This document shows, in pieces, positions 20,039 to 30,418 of a stretch of 64,000 nucleotides of DNA. Origin of the DNA: Candidatus Poribacteria bacterium (GTDB lineage Bacteria; Poribacteria; WGA-4E; PCPOR2b); the NCBI GenBank assembly GCA_965116925.1, contig OZ220744.1, positions 6,368,001 through 6,432,000 on the forward strand, given 5' to 3'. The stretch's first letter is position 1. Every line of letters starts with the position of its first letter. The notes beneath the pieces are model-generated. The model made no database searches and was not told where the DNA came from. It worked only from the letters and a program-made list of their open reading frames with translations. The translations under genes were made by a program, and so were the position numbers.

Positions 20039-21457
20039 CTAGAGAATATCCGCTTTAATCATGTTCGTCGTTCCCGGCACATCCGCCGGTATCCCCGCGA
20101 TGATAACCACCTGATCCCCCATCTGGGCAAGCCCTGATTTCAATACGGCTTGCTTTGCACTTGCAATCATCGTGTCTGTGTCAGGCGCGAATTCAATTGA
20201 GACCGGGAATGCCCCCCAAAAGAGCCCTACACGCCGGAGCGTAGTTTCATAAGGACTGACAACTGCAATCGGTGCAGGTGGACGATATTTAGCCACTAGT
20301 CTCGCGGTTTGACCTGACCGTGTGCAGCAAATAATTACTTTTGCGCCAATTTCTATAGAGGTGTGACAAGCAGCGTGTGCAATTGCATCCGGCACGTTCT
20401 CTTCAAGGGTGATGGGTTGGCGTTTGAAGTATTCTACGTAGTCGATGGTAGTTTCAGTTGTCGTGGCAACTTGAGCCATTGTTCGGACTGCGTCAGAGGG
20501 GTATTTGCCGATAGCCGTCTCTCCGGAAAGCATTAAGGCGTCCGTGCCATCGAGAATCGCGTTAGCGATGTCTGTGACCTCTGCTCGTGTGGGACGTGGG
20601 TTGACAATCATTGATTCAAGCATCTGGGTTGCGGTGATGACTGGCTTACCCACAAGGTTTGCCCACTTGATAATCTCCTTTTGGATGAGCGGCACTTCAG
20701 GAAGGGGGACCTCTAACCCCAAATCCCCTCTAGCGACCATCACACCGTCTGCTTCAGTGAATATTTTATCTAAGTGATCCAATGCCTCACGTTTTTCTAG
20801 TTTGGCGATAATCGGTATATCGGAATCGTGTTGTTGAAGGATTGATCTAAGGTTCTGAAGGTCCGCGGCACTTCTGATAAAGGATTGGGCGACCCAATCA
20901 ACGCCGTGATCAATTCCAAAGCGCAGATCCTCGACATCTTTTGGGGTTGGAATGGGAGTTTGTAGTGAGATATCGGGAACACTGATCCCCTTGTTTGAAC
21001 GGAGCAGCCCACCGGCGATGACTTCGCAGATGATATCTGTGCTTGTAGTCGAAATCACGCACAACTCAATCTCTCCATCCGCCAATAAAATGCGATTTCC
21101 CGGTTTAATGTCGGCAACCAATTCGGGATAGCTGATTGATACGGTGTTGAGATTGCCGACGATTTCCTGTGTTGTGAGAGTGAACTTTGCATTCGGGGAT
21201 AACTCAATTGGCTCGTCCGAGAATTTGCCGATTCGCATCTTTGGTCCCGAGAGATCTTGCAAAATTGGTATTCTCACGCCGAGCTGCTTGGATGCTGTTT
21301 TCAGATGGGCGATGGTTTGTGCATGATCGGCGTGTGAGCCGTGGGAGAATGAAATTCTTGCGACATTCATCCCTGACTCAATCAGTGAACGTAACATTTC
21401 TGGTGAGCTGCTAGCGGGACCGATCGTACAAACAATATTTGTGCGTTTCCGTTGCAT
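20039..21457 (-). CDS. pyk: Pyruvate kinase
   Basis: IVCTIGPAS, MVARGDLG, TATQMLESM, DALMLSGETA. Confidence 0.97.
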   Translation of the reverse strand: MQRKRTNIVCTIGPASSSPEMLRSLIESGMNVARISFSHGSHADHAQTIAHLKTASKQLGVRIPILQDLSGPKMRIGKFSDEPIELSPNAKFTLTTQEIVGNLNTVSISYPELVADIKPGNRILLADGEIELCVISTTSTDIICEVIAGGLLRSNKGISVPDISLQTPIPTPKDVEDLRFGIDHGVDWVAQSFIRSAADLQNLRSILQQHDSDIPIIAKLEKREALDHLDKIFTEADGVMVARGDLGLEVPLPEVPLIQKEIIKWANLVGKPVITATQMLESMIVNPRPTRAEVTDIANAILDGTDALMLSGETAIGKYPSDAVRTMAQVATTTETTIDYVEYFKRQPITLEENVPDAIAHAACHTSIEIGAKVIICCTRSGQTARLVAKYRPPAPIAVVSPYETTLRRVGLFWGAFPVSIEFAPDTDTMIASAKQAVLKSGLAQMGDQVVIIAGIPADVPGTTNMIKADIL

Positions 21458-21696
21458 ATTATATTTTTTATGTTGGCTGCTATATGTTCCGAAAAATGTA
21501 CGGTTATGGACATTCTATCAGGATTAATTACCCCGATCAAGCGAAAAAGCGGTAAAAAATTGGCACTTGATTTCAAAGATAAACTTTGCTACACTCTTTG
21601 AACGTTTCTATACTTGATAATTAGCATAAATTCTTTGGAAAATCGATCCTAGTATCTTCGCACTGATATCTCCAATAACTGATCTACAAACCATCA

Positions 21697-23469
21697 ATGA
21701 TCTTTACTATCAACAAAATCCATCACAAGATCTTCCTCACTTATAGTTCTGTATTCCTTATCATAATCGTAGGAATCTTCGTGGTCGCACGTGTTGCTAT
21801 CGTGCGGACTTTAGATAGTCAGATTCAAGAGGAGGTTCAAGAGTTCAGAACACGGCTTACCCACACGATAGATCTGCTTCGCCAAGATATTGAGGAAAAA
21901 GTTCAGCGCGAAATCAAGGACTGGCGTGTCGTTCAGGCGATCCGAAACCGTGAGCCGTATCCCCCTAGCATCACCGACAGTGTAATGGATATCTTGGAAT
22001 ATGGAACCGACGAGGGTATTGTTACTGCAAGTAAAGTGGGCAATGATGCTAACTTGCGCCATGGAGAAAAAGATCTGGAAGCGTTAGCTCTGGCCCGAAA
22101 ACCGAAGCCAGAACCAGCATCGCGGCTCCGAACACCTGAAGCACGGACGACAATCGAGATTACATTGCCAATTCAAGCGGAGGGTAATTTTTTGGGATTT
22201 GTCACCGGCGGCTATTTTTTACATAAACATCTCAGCCAAGTCCTAAAGGATCTGACACTCCATCCGATCTTTCTCAAGGAAGGTACTCGCCTCGTACCGC
22301 TGAACGCCCCCGGCGAGACGATCCCAAAGTACCAACGAGAATCGCTCCTAGCGCATGCAGATGACGCATATCAGACGTTTCCAAAGATTGAGCTAATAGG
22401 TGTGCCGCACAGCGTCAGTCGTATCCTAATTTTAGCCTCAAATATTGAGATGCAGACTGAAGCGCAGCAGAAACCCCAAGTCGTTGGGCCAGAGTTGGTT
22501 CTTGCATACTCCCATCGGGATCAGATTGCACTACAACAGCAGCTTATGTCTATCCTACTTATCATCGGTGGGGTTGGACTGATTTTAGTATACATTGTCA
22601 GTTATATCGTTGGACTTCAAATGACAAAACCGATCAATCAGTTAGCGGCGGGAGCGGCTGAAATTGCGTCAGGCAATCTTGAACAGCGGGTCGCCCTCCA
22701 AAGTCGAGATGAAATCGGTAGATTGGCGAGTGCTTTCAACCAGATGGCGGCAACGCTGAAGACGAGTCTAGAGAGACAGCTCGCTGCCGAGCGACATGCA
22801 GCGTGGGGAGACGCTGCCCGTTGGGTTGTCCACGAGGTTAAGAACCCGCTATTTCCCATTCGGCTTTCGATCGAAAACCTGCAGCGAGCCTATCAAAGTG
22901 GGGACACCCGACCAGCGATGTTTGATGAAATTTTTGTACAATGCACCGACATAGTTATTGAGGAGGTGGAACGACTACAGCGACTGGTAGATGAGTTCGA
23001 TCAGTTTGCACGAATGCCCCCTCCTAAACGGGAGCTATCTGATTTCAATCAAATCGTGCAGAACGTGGTGAGCCTGTACGCGGAATCCGTCGAGAACATT
23101 CAGATTCAGGCGAATCTTTCCTCTGATCTCCTTCCTCTCTCTCTTGATTCGGAGCAGATCACACAGGCGTTAGGAAATCTGATTAAGAATGCGATCGAAG
23201 CCATGCCTAACGGCGGAACACTGAACGTCTCGGCTCAATCGGTAAGTGAGACGAAAATTCAGATCCAGATTCGAGACACCGGCATCGGTATGTCACCAGA
23301 GACGCTAGCACAGATTTTTGAACCCTATTATACAACAAAAGATACGGGGACAGGACTGGGCATGGCGATTGTTCAGCGTATCATCACCGATCACGATGGA
23401 GAAATATTCGTCGAAAGCGAAGAAGGGGTTGGCACAACCGTTTCGATTGAATTGTTTCGTGAAACGTGA
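21697..23469 (+). CDS. HAMP-domain sensor histidine kinase (NtrY-like)
   Basis: Two TM helices, HAMP, HEVKNPL, NLIKNA, DTGIG, GTGLG. Confidence 0.9.
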   Translation: MIFTINKIHHKIFLTYSSVFLIIIVGIFVVARVAIVRTLDSQIQEEVQEFRTRLTHTIDLLRQDIEEKVQREIKDWRVVQAIRNREPYPPSITDSVMDILEYGTDEGIVTASKVGNDANLRHGEKDLEALALARKPKPEPASRLRTPEARTTIEITLPIQAEGNFLGFVTGGYFLHKHLSQVLKDLTLHPIFLKEGTRLVPLNAPGETIPKYQRESLLAHADDAYQTFPKIELIGVPHSVSRILILASNIEMQTEAQQKPQVVGPELVLAYSHRDQIALQQQLMSILLIIGGVGLILVYIVSYIVGLQMTKPINQLAAGAAEIASGNLEQRVALQSRDEIGRLASAFNQMAATLKTSLERQLAAERHAAWGDAARWVVHEVKNPLFPIRLSIENLQRAYQSGDTRPAMFDEIFVQCTDIVIEEVERLQRLVDEFDQFARMPPPKRELSDFNQIVQNVVSLYAESVENIQIQANLSSDLLPLSLDSEQITQALGNLIKNAIEAMPNGGTLNVSAQSVSETKIQIQIRDTGIGMSPETLAQIFEPYYTTKDTGTGLGMAIVQRIITDHDGEIFVESEEGVGTTVSIELFRET

Positions 23470-23506
23470 TGCGTAAAACGTGATGCGTAAAAAATTGGTT
23501 CATTGG
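23458..23506 (+). repeat. Heptamer tandem repeat (CGTGAAA-like) plus TTGGTTCA octamer
   Basis: CGTGAAACGTGATGCGTAAAACGTGATGCGTAAAA; same compound motif near 16864, 26280, 42152 and, inverted, 63001. Confidence 0.7.
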
Positions 23507-23555
23507 TGTCTAATCTACAGAGTTCATATCAGAAGGATGTGCAATACGCTCGGTT

Positions 23556-24227
23556 TTATTCCTGACGTTTTAAGGTTTGGATTCCTGAAGCAGTGCCGAT
23601 AATGACTTGGTCAGTTCGGTTAATGAAAAGTCCGTTATCAACAACGCCGGGGATATTATTGATGATGCGCTCAGTGGTAACTGGATCAAGAATACCATCA
23701 AAAGTGCAGTCCAAGATATAATTGCCGTTGTCACTAACAAAATTAGGACGCAGGGTCGAGTCTCGGCAGATCCGGTTGAGCGCGAGTTGGGTTGAACCCC
23801 AGCCAAATGGGACAACCTCCACCGGTACAGGGAAGTTGGATCCTAATTGTTCTACTTGCTTTCCTTCGTCAACGATGATGATCAGTCGTCTGGAGGCGTG
23901 GGCAATGATTTTCTCTCGGACTAGCGCGCCCCCCGCTCCTTTGATGAGATCGAGGGTGGGGTTGACTTCATCCGCACCGTCAATGGTTAAATCGATCACA
24001 GGGTATTCCCCAAGGGTTGAGAGCGATATACCTTGTTGAGTCGCGATTTCTTCTGTCTGTTTGGAGGTTGGAATACCAATAATATCAAGACCGCTCCGAA
24101 CTTTTTCGCCAAGTTTTAGCAGCGCGTAGTAGATTGTTGAGCCTGTGCCGAGCCCGACGATCATGCCGGACTCCACTTCTTCGACAGCCTGTTCTGCCGC
24201 GAGTTGTTTCAGTTTTTCTGTTTCCAT
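23556..24227 (-). CDS. rpiA: Ribose-5-phosphate isomerase A
   Basis: GLGTGST, DGADE, KGAGGAL.REK, DNGNYILD. Confidence 0.96.
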   Translation of the reverse strand: METEKLKQLAAEQAVEEVESGMIVGLGTGSTIYYALLKLGEKVRSGLDIIGIPTSKQTEEIATQQGISLSTLGEYPVIDLTIDGADEVNPTLDLIKGAGGALVREKIIAHASRRLIIIVDEGKQVEQLGSNFPVPVEVVPFGWGSTQLALNRICRDSTLRPNFVSDNGNYILDCTFDGILDPVTTERIINNIPGVVDNGLFINRTDQVIIGTASGIQTLKRQE

Positions 24228-24312
24228 ATTTTCTCCTGATAGGGATTCGTTTTGATAAATCGGGATTGATATTCATTCGCCTTGAATTGTTTCCGGGCAC
24301 CGTTTCTAATTT

Positions 24313-24404
24313 GGCTCATATCAAAAGAAGATGCAAAGCACGAAGAGAAACCGAATTTTCAAGAAAAAACTCGGTTTCAGATGCACGATTTTTTAACATG
24401 AGCG
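24313..24404. mobile_element. MITE, 92 bp, GGCTCAT ends, 8-bp target duplication
   Basis: TCTAATTT at 24305-24312 and 24405-24412; internal palindrome GAAACCGA..TCGGTTTC. Confidence 0.8.
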
Positions 24405-24500
24405 TCTAATTTTAACACTTCACGGGAGGGTTTTCTACCCAAATTGTTGTGTCTCACGTATGACACAATACACATTACAACCCTGCAAGGATAACCGCAA

Positions 24501-26234
24501 ATGAATCTATACCTCCGCCTATTAAGTTACGTTAAGCCGTACTGGAAAAGCACGGTGGTTACGCTAATAGCAATGTTGGTTGTATCCGTCGGCAATCTGG
24601 TTCCAACATGGATTGCAGGGCGGATTGTTATTGATGGGGTGATTGTACAGCGGGATGTCAGCCGTTTGCACTGGATCGCGCTCCTGCTGCTTGGCGTTTA
24701 TCTCGTAAAGAGCATCGCGGTAATGTTGGCAGAATGGTTGTCCCACGAAATCGCTGAAAAGATTATTTACGATATGCGGACGCAGATCTATAGCCATTTG
24801 CAGAAACTTTCGTTTCGCTTTCACAAGGACAGCACTACCGGCGATATGATGTCGCGTGTAGTGAATGACATCGACGCGATGCGGGATATGCTTGCTCACA
24901 CCATACACATATTCATTGTGCAAGCGTTGACCTTTATCGGGATTGCTATCATATTGTGTGCCACGAACTTGAAAATGGCGATCCTGACCCTTGTCCCGAT
25001 CCTGATTCTGGGACCGTTGATTGTCCACTTCGGTATAAAGCTGCGTCTCATTTCCCGCGATGTACGTGCAGAACTTGCGGAGGTCAACGCTCGTTTGCAA
25101 GATAACCTTTCGGGAATCTTCGAGATTCAAGCCTTCGCCCGTGAACCTTATGAGGAGAAGCGGTTTATCGCCCGATGTGCCGACTACCGGAACTCAATCA
25201 TCCGAGGAGTACGCCTGTGGGCGCGGCTGAATCCCGCCGTGCAGTTTTTGCTTGGCGCGAGTTACGCAGCGATTCTGTGGTACGGCGGTTGGCAGATAAT
25301 TACCGGATCGAGTGATATGACCGTTGGACAACTGTTTATTTTTCTTGGATTTTTGTGGCAGCTGTTTATGCCGATTCAGATGGCAAGCCACGAAAATGAA
25401 CGGTTGCAGAAAGCCCTCGCCGCTGGCGAACGGATGATGGAGTTGTTAGACACAGCCCCTGAAATTAAAGACCTCCCGAATGCTTGGACGGGGAAGATTA
25501 AAGGGGAACTTTTGTTTGAAGATGTTTCGTTCAGGTACACGGATGAAGATGTCTTGACAGATGTGAATCTCAAAATCCGACCGGGGGAGACAATCGCTTT
25601 CGTCGGTCCCAGTGGTGTCGGCAAAACGACGTTAGTTGGTCTTGTGCCGAGATTCTACGATGTAACCGGCGGACAGGTGAAGGTTGATGGTGTCAGTGTG
25701 CGGGATTGGCAAATTCAGGCGTTGCGGCGTCAGATTGGGCTTGTGCCACAAGAGACGTTCTTATTTAATGGAACAATTGGAGAGAATATCGCTTACGGCA
25801 AACTGAACGCAATACAGATAGAAATTGAAATGGCAGCGAAATCCGCTAATATCTATGACTTTATCGCAGGTTTACCAGATCGTTTTGATACCGTTGTTGG
25901 GGAGCGCGGTATGCGTCTCTCTGGTGGGCAAAAGCAACGGGTTTCCATTGCGCGTGCCATTTTGAAAGATCCACCCATCCTCATCCTTGATGAAGCCACC
26001 TCCTCTGTTGATACGGAATCAGAACAGCTAATCCAGCAGAGCTTGGTAAACCTACTGCATGGGCGTACCACACTGATTATTGCTCACCGACTTGCGACTA
26101 TCAGATTTGCGGATCGAATCGCCGTATTGGCGGACAATCGAATTGTCGAACTTGGGACACACGTCGAGCTGCTTTCACAGGGGGGACTATACACACGGCT
26201 TTACAATGCACAGTTTGGGGACAAGGGCTCGTAG
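24501..26234 (+). CDS. ABC exporter (TMD+NBD)
   Basis: GPSGVGKT, LSGGQ, ILDEATS, AHRL. Confidence 0.92.
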   Translation: MNLYLRLLSYVKPYWKSTVVTLIAMLVVSVGNLVPTWIAGRIVIDGVIVQRDVSRLHWIALLLLGVYLVKSIAVMLAEWLSHEIAEKIIYDMRTQIYSHLQKLSFRFHKDSTTGDMMSRVVNDIDAMRDMLAHTIHIFIVQALTFIGIAIILCATNLKMAILTLVPILILGPLIVHFGIKLRLISRDVRAELAEVNARLQDNLSGIFEIQAFAREPYEEKRFIARCADYRNSIIRGVRLWARLNPAVQFLLGASYAAILWYGGWQIITGSSDMTVGQLFIFLGFLWQLFMPIQMASHENERLQKALAAGERMMELLDTAPEIKDLPNAWTGKIKGELLFEDVSFRYTDEDVLTDVNLKIRPGETIAFVGPSGVGKTTLVGLVPRFYDVTGGQVKVDGVSVRDWQIQALRRQIGLVPQETFLFNGTIGENIAYGKLNAIQIEIEMAAKSANIYDFIAGLPDRFDTVVGERGMRLSGGQKQRVSIARAILKDPPILILDEATSSVDTESEQLIQQSLVNLLHGRTTLIIAHRLATIRFADRIAVLADNRIVELGTHVELLSQGGLYTRLYNAQFGDKGS

Positions 26235-26246
26235 CTTTGAAATCTT

Positions 26247-26412
26247 GACTCATGTAAAAAGAAGGTGCAAAGTGATAGGAACGTGAAACGTAAAAACAAA
26301 CTATTGGATCGTTAGTTCATTAGCAATAAAGAACAACAATCTTCCGGTCTACGACCGAAAGTCCGAGAGTTGGCTCCTACGGTTACTGTTGCACGATTTC
26401 TTAACATGAATC
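26247..26412. mobile_element. MITE of the GGCTCAT family with a different interior
   Basis: Ends GACTCATGTAAAAAGAAGGTGCAA / TTGCACGATTTCTTAACATGAATC; no intact target duplication. Confidence 0.65.
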
Positions 26413-26419
26413 ACCCAAC

Positions 26420-27148
26420 TTAGTCAGTATAGCGTTGTTTGCCGTTGAAGGAAATTCGGGGCCAGGTTGTATGGGGCCAATCCGTGAACTGATACGGGAT
26501 ATAGTGGTTTGCCATGACGTGGCGCAAAGCACCACGCTGCTTGATTGGACCTCCGCGATGAATCAAGCGACCGTGAAATAACACTGCATCGCCCTGATTG
26601 GCTATAATGGAAATCTCAGGACGGTTGTTCTCCTCAAAGATCCGTTCGGTCTTCGCGTGGCGATACTCGTAATCCATTTTCCCGTTCTCATCTAGTGTCT
26701 CCCAGTACGTTACAAGTTCCCCTTTGTGTGAGCCGGGCTGTATATAGATAGTGCCGTTTGTCTCGTTGACATCTACCAAAGGTAGCCAAGCGGACATGCA
26801 GCCGGGGAGGGGACACTGGTCCTGGTGGCGTCTCCCTTCAGAGCCTTTGTAGAAATACATGGTTTGTATGCCCTCAACATCAGCTTCAAAACAATCTTCC
26901 AGCGGCTGGCGTAGACGGGAATCGATCAGCAAGGAAAGTGCTTTCGGATCATACAGATGCTGATTGTGTGTACGACCCCAATTGTCTGGTTCGCGGGGTG
27001 TGAAACCTTCAAGCGTTTTTTGCCCTGAATGAAGTGCCATCATGTGTTCAACGAACTCCTCGCACTCCGCTTTGGAAAAGACTGATTTCAGGATGGTATA
27101 GCCATCCTGATCGTACTGTGCTTTTTGTTCTGGGGTTAGACCTTTCAT
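26420..27148 (-). CDS. Phytanoyl-CoA dioxygenase (PhyH) family
   Basis: HQD, PGSH, LIHRG. Confidence 0.88.
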   Translation of the reverse strand: MKGLTPEQKAQYDQDGYTILKSVFSKAECEEFVEHMMALHSGQKTLEGFTPREPDNWGRTHNQHLYDPKALSLLIDSRLRQPLEDCFEADVEGIQTMYFYKGSEGRRHQDQCPLPGCMSAWLPLVDVNETNGTIYIQPGSHKGELVTYWETLDENGKMDYEYRHAKTERIFEENNRPEISIIANQGDAVLFHGRLIHRGGPIKQRGALRHVMANHYIPYQFTDWPHTTWPRISFNGKQRYTD

Positions 27149-27262
27149 TAAAAAACTCCTTTCATATTGAGTGACCTTTGGTGCTAGTTATGGACAAAGT
27201 CGTTTCCACATTGTTCAAGAGCTCATTGATTTATTTCTTCTTACGTTCTTGCCTTTGGATGC

Positions 27263-27335
27263 ACATGTCGCCCCTCTGGGGCTTGGGAGAAGGTCCCTAT
27301 CGCCCAGCTATAGACATGTCGCCCCGCTGGGGCTA
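27263..27335. repeat. Two copies of the REP-like unit ACATGTCGCCCC(T/G)CTGGGGCT
   Basis: Direct repeat; related inverted copies near 38895 and 54680. Confidence 0.7.
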
Positions 27336-27444
27336 AATGAACCCACGAACCTTTCCCGTCCCGTTCCGAGTATCCCAAGTATTGGGATTTTCACGCATCA
27401 GGTACTCTATCCTGATTCAGACGACAATTATGAGCCCCCTTCAT

Positions 27445-28641
27445 CTATTTCTCCTCGTATAGCCACGCGATCGGACGGATAACCATTTTGCGGTAGCGGG
27501 GCCAGGAGGGTGGATCTGTGGAGGCATCTAGCTGCGGGCCGAAGTCGTAGAGCAGCACAACTTCGTCCTCGAAGAAATGCGCGTTCGGATACGATACATA
27601 TATCATGTCAGCCGGCAGCTCACCGAGTTCTTTTTCGCCGCGAACCATACCGATTTCATTGTCGGGACGAATGCGGTCAGATCTATCCATCGGACCGCCA
27701 ACTTCAAGCGTCTTGAAGTGTCCCCAACTGCCCCCATCATCTGTCGAGATAGCGAGTGACAAGCGTGAGCGGCGAAAACCACGACGGATTTCATCTCCGC
27801 TCACCTGATTCCACACGCAGAGCAGGTCTCCAGTGGTTGGGATGACGCGAAGTCGGCACGGCGAGTATGAACTGGCAAGTGCTGTTGGCTTAGGTAAGGA
27901 CCATGTTAGTCCTTCGTTATCACTGAAACTTTGGTAGAGGCGGCCCAACGTTGTTCGGAACATCATTAGGAGTCGTCCATCGCGGAGTTGTACCGCACCA
28001 GGCTCGTCGCAGGGCCACATTCCGCCGTAACCGTCTTGGTGCCAGATCACGATGTCTTGAGGGCATCGTTTCCAAGTGCCGCCCTCGTTGTCTGAAAAGT
28101 AGACTTGACTCGTGTCAATCTCCGGACCGTGAGCGTGCCCCTCTGTTTTGAAACGCTTTCCTTGAAAGGTGCCGTAGGCACCGGCGTCCTTCAGTTCCGG
28201 AAACGTGCAGGGTGGACAGAACCGCGTGGGTAAAACTAAGCGACCTGACCGGAGTTGAAAGAGTACATCGTGATAGTTACTCGCGGTCTCACCGGGTAGG
28301 TTGATGAGTGTTTCTTCTGACCATGATTCACCTTCGTCGTCGGAGGTGCGAAAGCAGAGTGCATAGCCAGCCAATGTTCCACCGGCTGTGCCGCTAAGGC
28401 GACCGTAGAGGAGACCGATCTTGCCTGACTGCAAACGCCCTAGGCAGGTCGGGGCACCTGTTCCAGTAATAGGTTCGTTGCCGGTCTGAAGCGGTTCACC
28501 CGCCGACCAAGTTCGTCCCCGGTCATTGGAATAGCTAACATTCAATCCCGACCAAACCATCAGCCATCGTCCATCCTTCAGTTTGATCATACCTTCGTGC
28601 GCTCCCGGGGCGCGCCCTTCAAAAACTGTAGAATCTGCCAT
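27445..28641 (-). CDS. Sialidase-family (BNR/Asp-box) protein
   Basis: Asp boxes SNDRGRTW, SDDEGESW, SDNEGGTW, SDNEGLTW, STDDGGSW. Confidence 0.85.
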   Translation of the reverse strand: MADSTVFEGRAPGAHEGMIKLKDGRWLMVWSGLNVSYSNDRGRTWSAGEPLQTGNEPITGTGAPTCLGRLQSGKIGLLYGRLSGTAGGTLAGYALCFRTSDDEGESWSEETLINLPGETASNYHDVLFQLRSGRLVLPTRFCPPCTFPELKDAGAYGTFQGKRFKTEGHAHGPEIDTSQVYFSDNEGGTWKRCPQDIVIWHQDGYGGMWPCDEPGAVQLRDGRLLMMFRTTLGRLYQSFSDNEGLTWSLPKPTALASSYSPCRLRVIPTTGDLLCVWNQVSGDEIRRGFRRSRLSLAISTDDGGSWGHFKTLEVGGPMDRSDRIRPDNEIGMVRGEKELGELPADMIYVSYPNAHFFEDEVVLLYDFGPQLDASTDPPSWPRYRKMVIRPIAWLYEEK

Positions 28642-28765
28642 TGCTCGTGTCCTTTTCAAAGGTTAAAAATATGATATATTTTTTTTGCAATTTTGTGACA
28701 TAATGTAGGACAATATCATTGTATAATGTTTTAATTTCGCATTCAACAAGATTATATAAAAAAAT

Positions 28766-28856
28766 GGCTCATGTTAAGAAATCGTGCAAAGAAACCGAGT
28801 TTTTCCGAAAAAACTCGGTTTCTCTTCGTATTTTGCACTTTCTTTTGATATGAACC
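28766..28856. mobile_element. MITE, inverted copy of 24313-24404
   Basis: Reverse complement aligns end to end with the 24313 copy; A-rich flanks. Confidence 0.8.
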
Positions 28857-28885
28857 GAAAAAAATAAGGGATAAACGGAGCCAAC

Positions 28886-29674
28886 ATGATTACCGAGCAA
28901 GAGGTTCAACAGTTTTCCGAGATGGGCGCAGTGACAATCGATACGCCGTTGACGCAACAGGAGCTCTCAGCGGCATCAGCCGTGTTTGATCGCCTGCTTC
29001 CGTTTAGTGAACCGGGGGCAGGAGAAGAACCGCGCTATCGGGTCAGCACAACGTGCACCTTCTATGATCCAGAATTGTTGGACATCATCCAACATCCATT
29101 TTTTGAGGAAGTCGCCAAGCGTGCGCTACGAGCTGATGAGATAAGTTTCTTTCAAACTGCCATCGTGACAACTTATCCATCGCCAAATACTCCCTTCAGC
29201 TTCTACCAACACGTGGATGTCCAATACAGCCTCTCGAATCTTGACGCTACTCCTAGGTATATGGTTTGCACCTTTTTTGTCTGGATAGATGATGTAACGG
29301 CACAACGTGCGCCCTTGATGTATCGTCCCGGCAGCCATCGACTGATAGCTAAATACAGAGAAAACCGACCGGAGCTGAAAGGCAGCGTTCCGCTTGTCGG
29401 AGGTGTTATGTTGGATGGGCTGCCTGCACTTGGTTACGCTGAGGCAATTCCTGTGGTGGCGCGAGCGGGTCAGGCGACCGTCCTGACCACTGCGATGGTG
29501 CACGGCGCATCAACCAATGTGGACATCGTTCCTCGTAAGGCGATGGTTATTACCTTCACGGCGGCGGAGGTAGAGATTGGTCTGCCCCAGAATCAGGCGG
29601 AGACTAAGCGGGCTTATGACCGTGAGTTAAAAAGGCTTCTTCGTCCTGAACGAGCACATATTGTTCCTGCTTGA
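28886..29674 (+). CDS. PhyH-family dioxygenase
   Basis: HVD, PGSH, MVHGA. Confidence 0.85.
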   Translation: MITEQEVQQFSEMGAVTIDTPLTQQELSAASAVFDRLLPFSEPGAGEEPRYRVSTTCTFYDPELLDIIQHPFFEEVAKRALRADEISFFQTAIVTTYPSPNTPFSFYQHVDVQYSLSNLDATPRYMVCTFFVWIDDVTAQRAPLMYRPGSHRLIAKYRENRPELKGSVPLVGGVMLDGLPALGYAEAIPVVARAGQATVLTTAMVHGASTNVDIVPRKAMVITFTAAEVEIGLPQNQAETKRAYDRELKRLLRPERAHIVPA

Positions 29675-29729
29675 GAGGGAGGAATCTCCGAATCCCAACG
29701 CCAGATAGCCTTAATTTCACCATAACGAC

Positions 29730-29945
29730 TAGGGCAATCGCATATAGAAATTTTGCTTGACGGTAGCGCGAATTCGGGTCATTGCATCTGTTTATTTGAC
29801 GCCCGAGGGCACCGAATCCGTTCATTTGGACGTGATTTCACACACTCATTGGAACAACATCTACTGAATTGTTGGACAAATCATACAAAACAAAGGACTG
29901 CCTACGCTATAACCGTTTCAATCGCTTTCACATGCGATTGCCCTC
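29730..29945 (+). mobile_element. Internally deleted ISAs1-family mini-element
   Basis: Ends TAGGGCAATCGCATATA / CACATGCGATTGCCCT match the ends of the IS at 33085-34341; residual TAYAITVSIAF resembles the transposase C-terminus TDYLITVLSTLF. Confidence 0.85.
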
Positions 29946-29951
29946 GACCTT

Positions 29952-29991
29952 CATCAAATACAGATGGAAATTTATACGTACTCATGTTATA
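29952..29991 (+). repeat. 40-bp perfect direct repeat, copy 1
   Basis: CATCAAATACAGATGGAAATTTATACGTACTCATGTTATA, also at 33044-33083. Confidence 0.95.
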
Positions 29992-30418
29992 TATGGACAA
30001 AATCAATGATGTGGTGATTTGAATATATACACTGAAAAACACGACACACTGCCATTATCGCCGTCGGTGTCTTTGGAGGTAGATTGAAACCTCTTGTTAA
30101 TTGCGATTCTTGCTGTCTTGTTTACCTCTCTTTTCTGTGCAATTTTTTCACACGCTCGTAAATTTTGCACAATAAATTGCGCGTACTCAGACAGGTTTTA
30201 CAGTTTCCCCCCTTGTGTTTTTGACTCTTCCGAGATTCGCGCTAGTTGGTACAATTCTTGCTTAAAGCCTTGTAGTTCGGCGATTTATCGCCGTAGGACA
30301 CCATTTCCAACGCCCGATGAATCGGGCAACTACAGCAGGAGTACCATCAAGGATCTCGTAGAGAACAACGATCGTTGTTCCCTACTGAAGTGCGTAACTC
30401 CTAAGGAGGATAATTAAA

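Noticed and set aside
21560..21580. sigma54-like TTGGCAC upstream of the histidine kinase
   Set aside because: No GC at the -12 position
30094..30417. 107-aa ORF upstream of ino1
   Set aside because: Runs across REP palindromes and has an atypical composition
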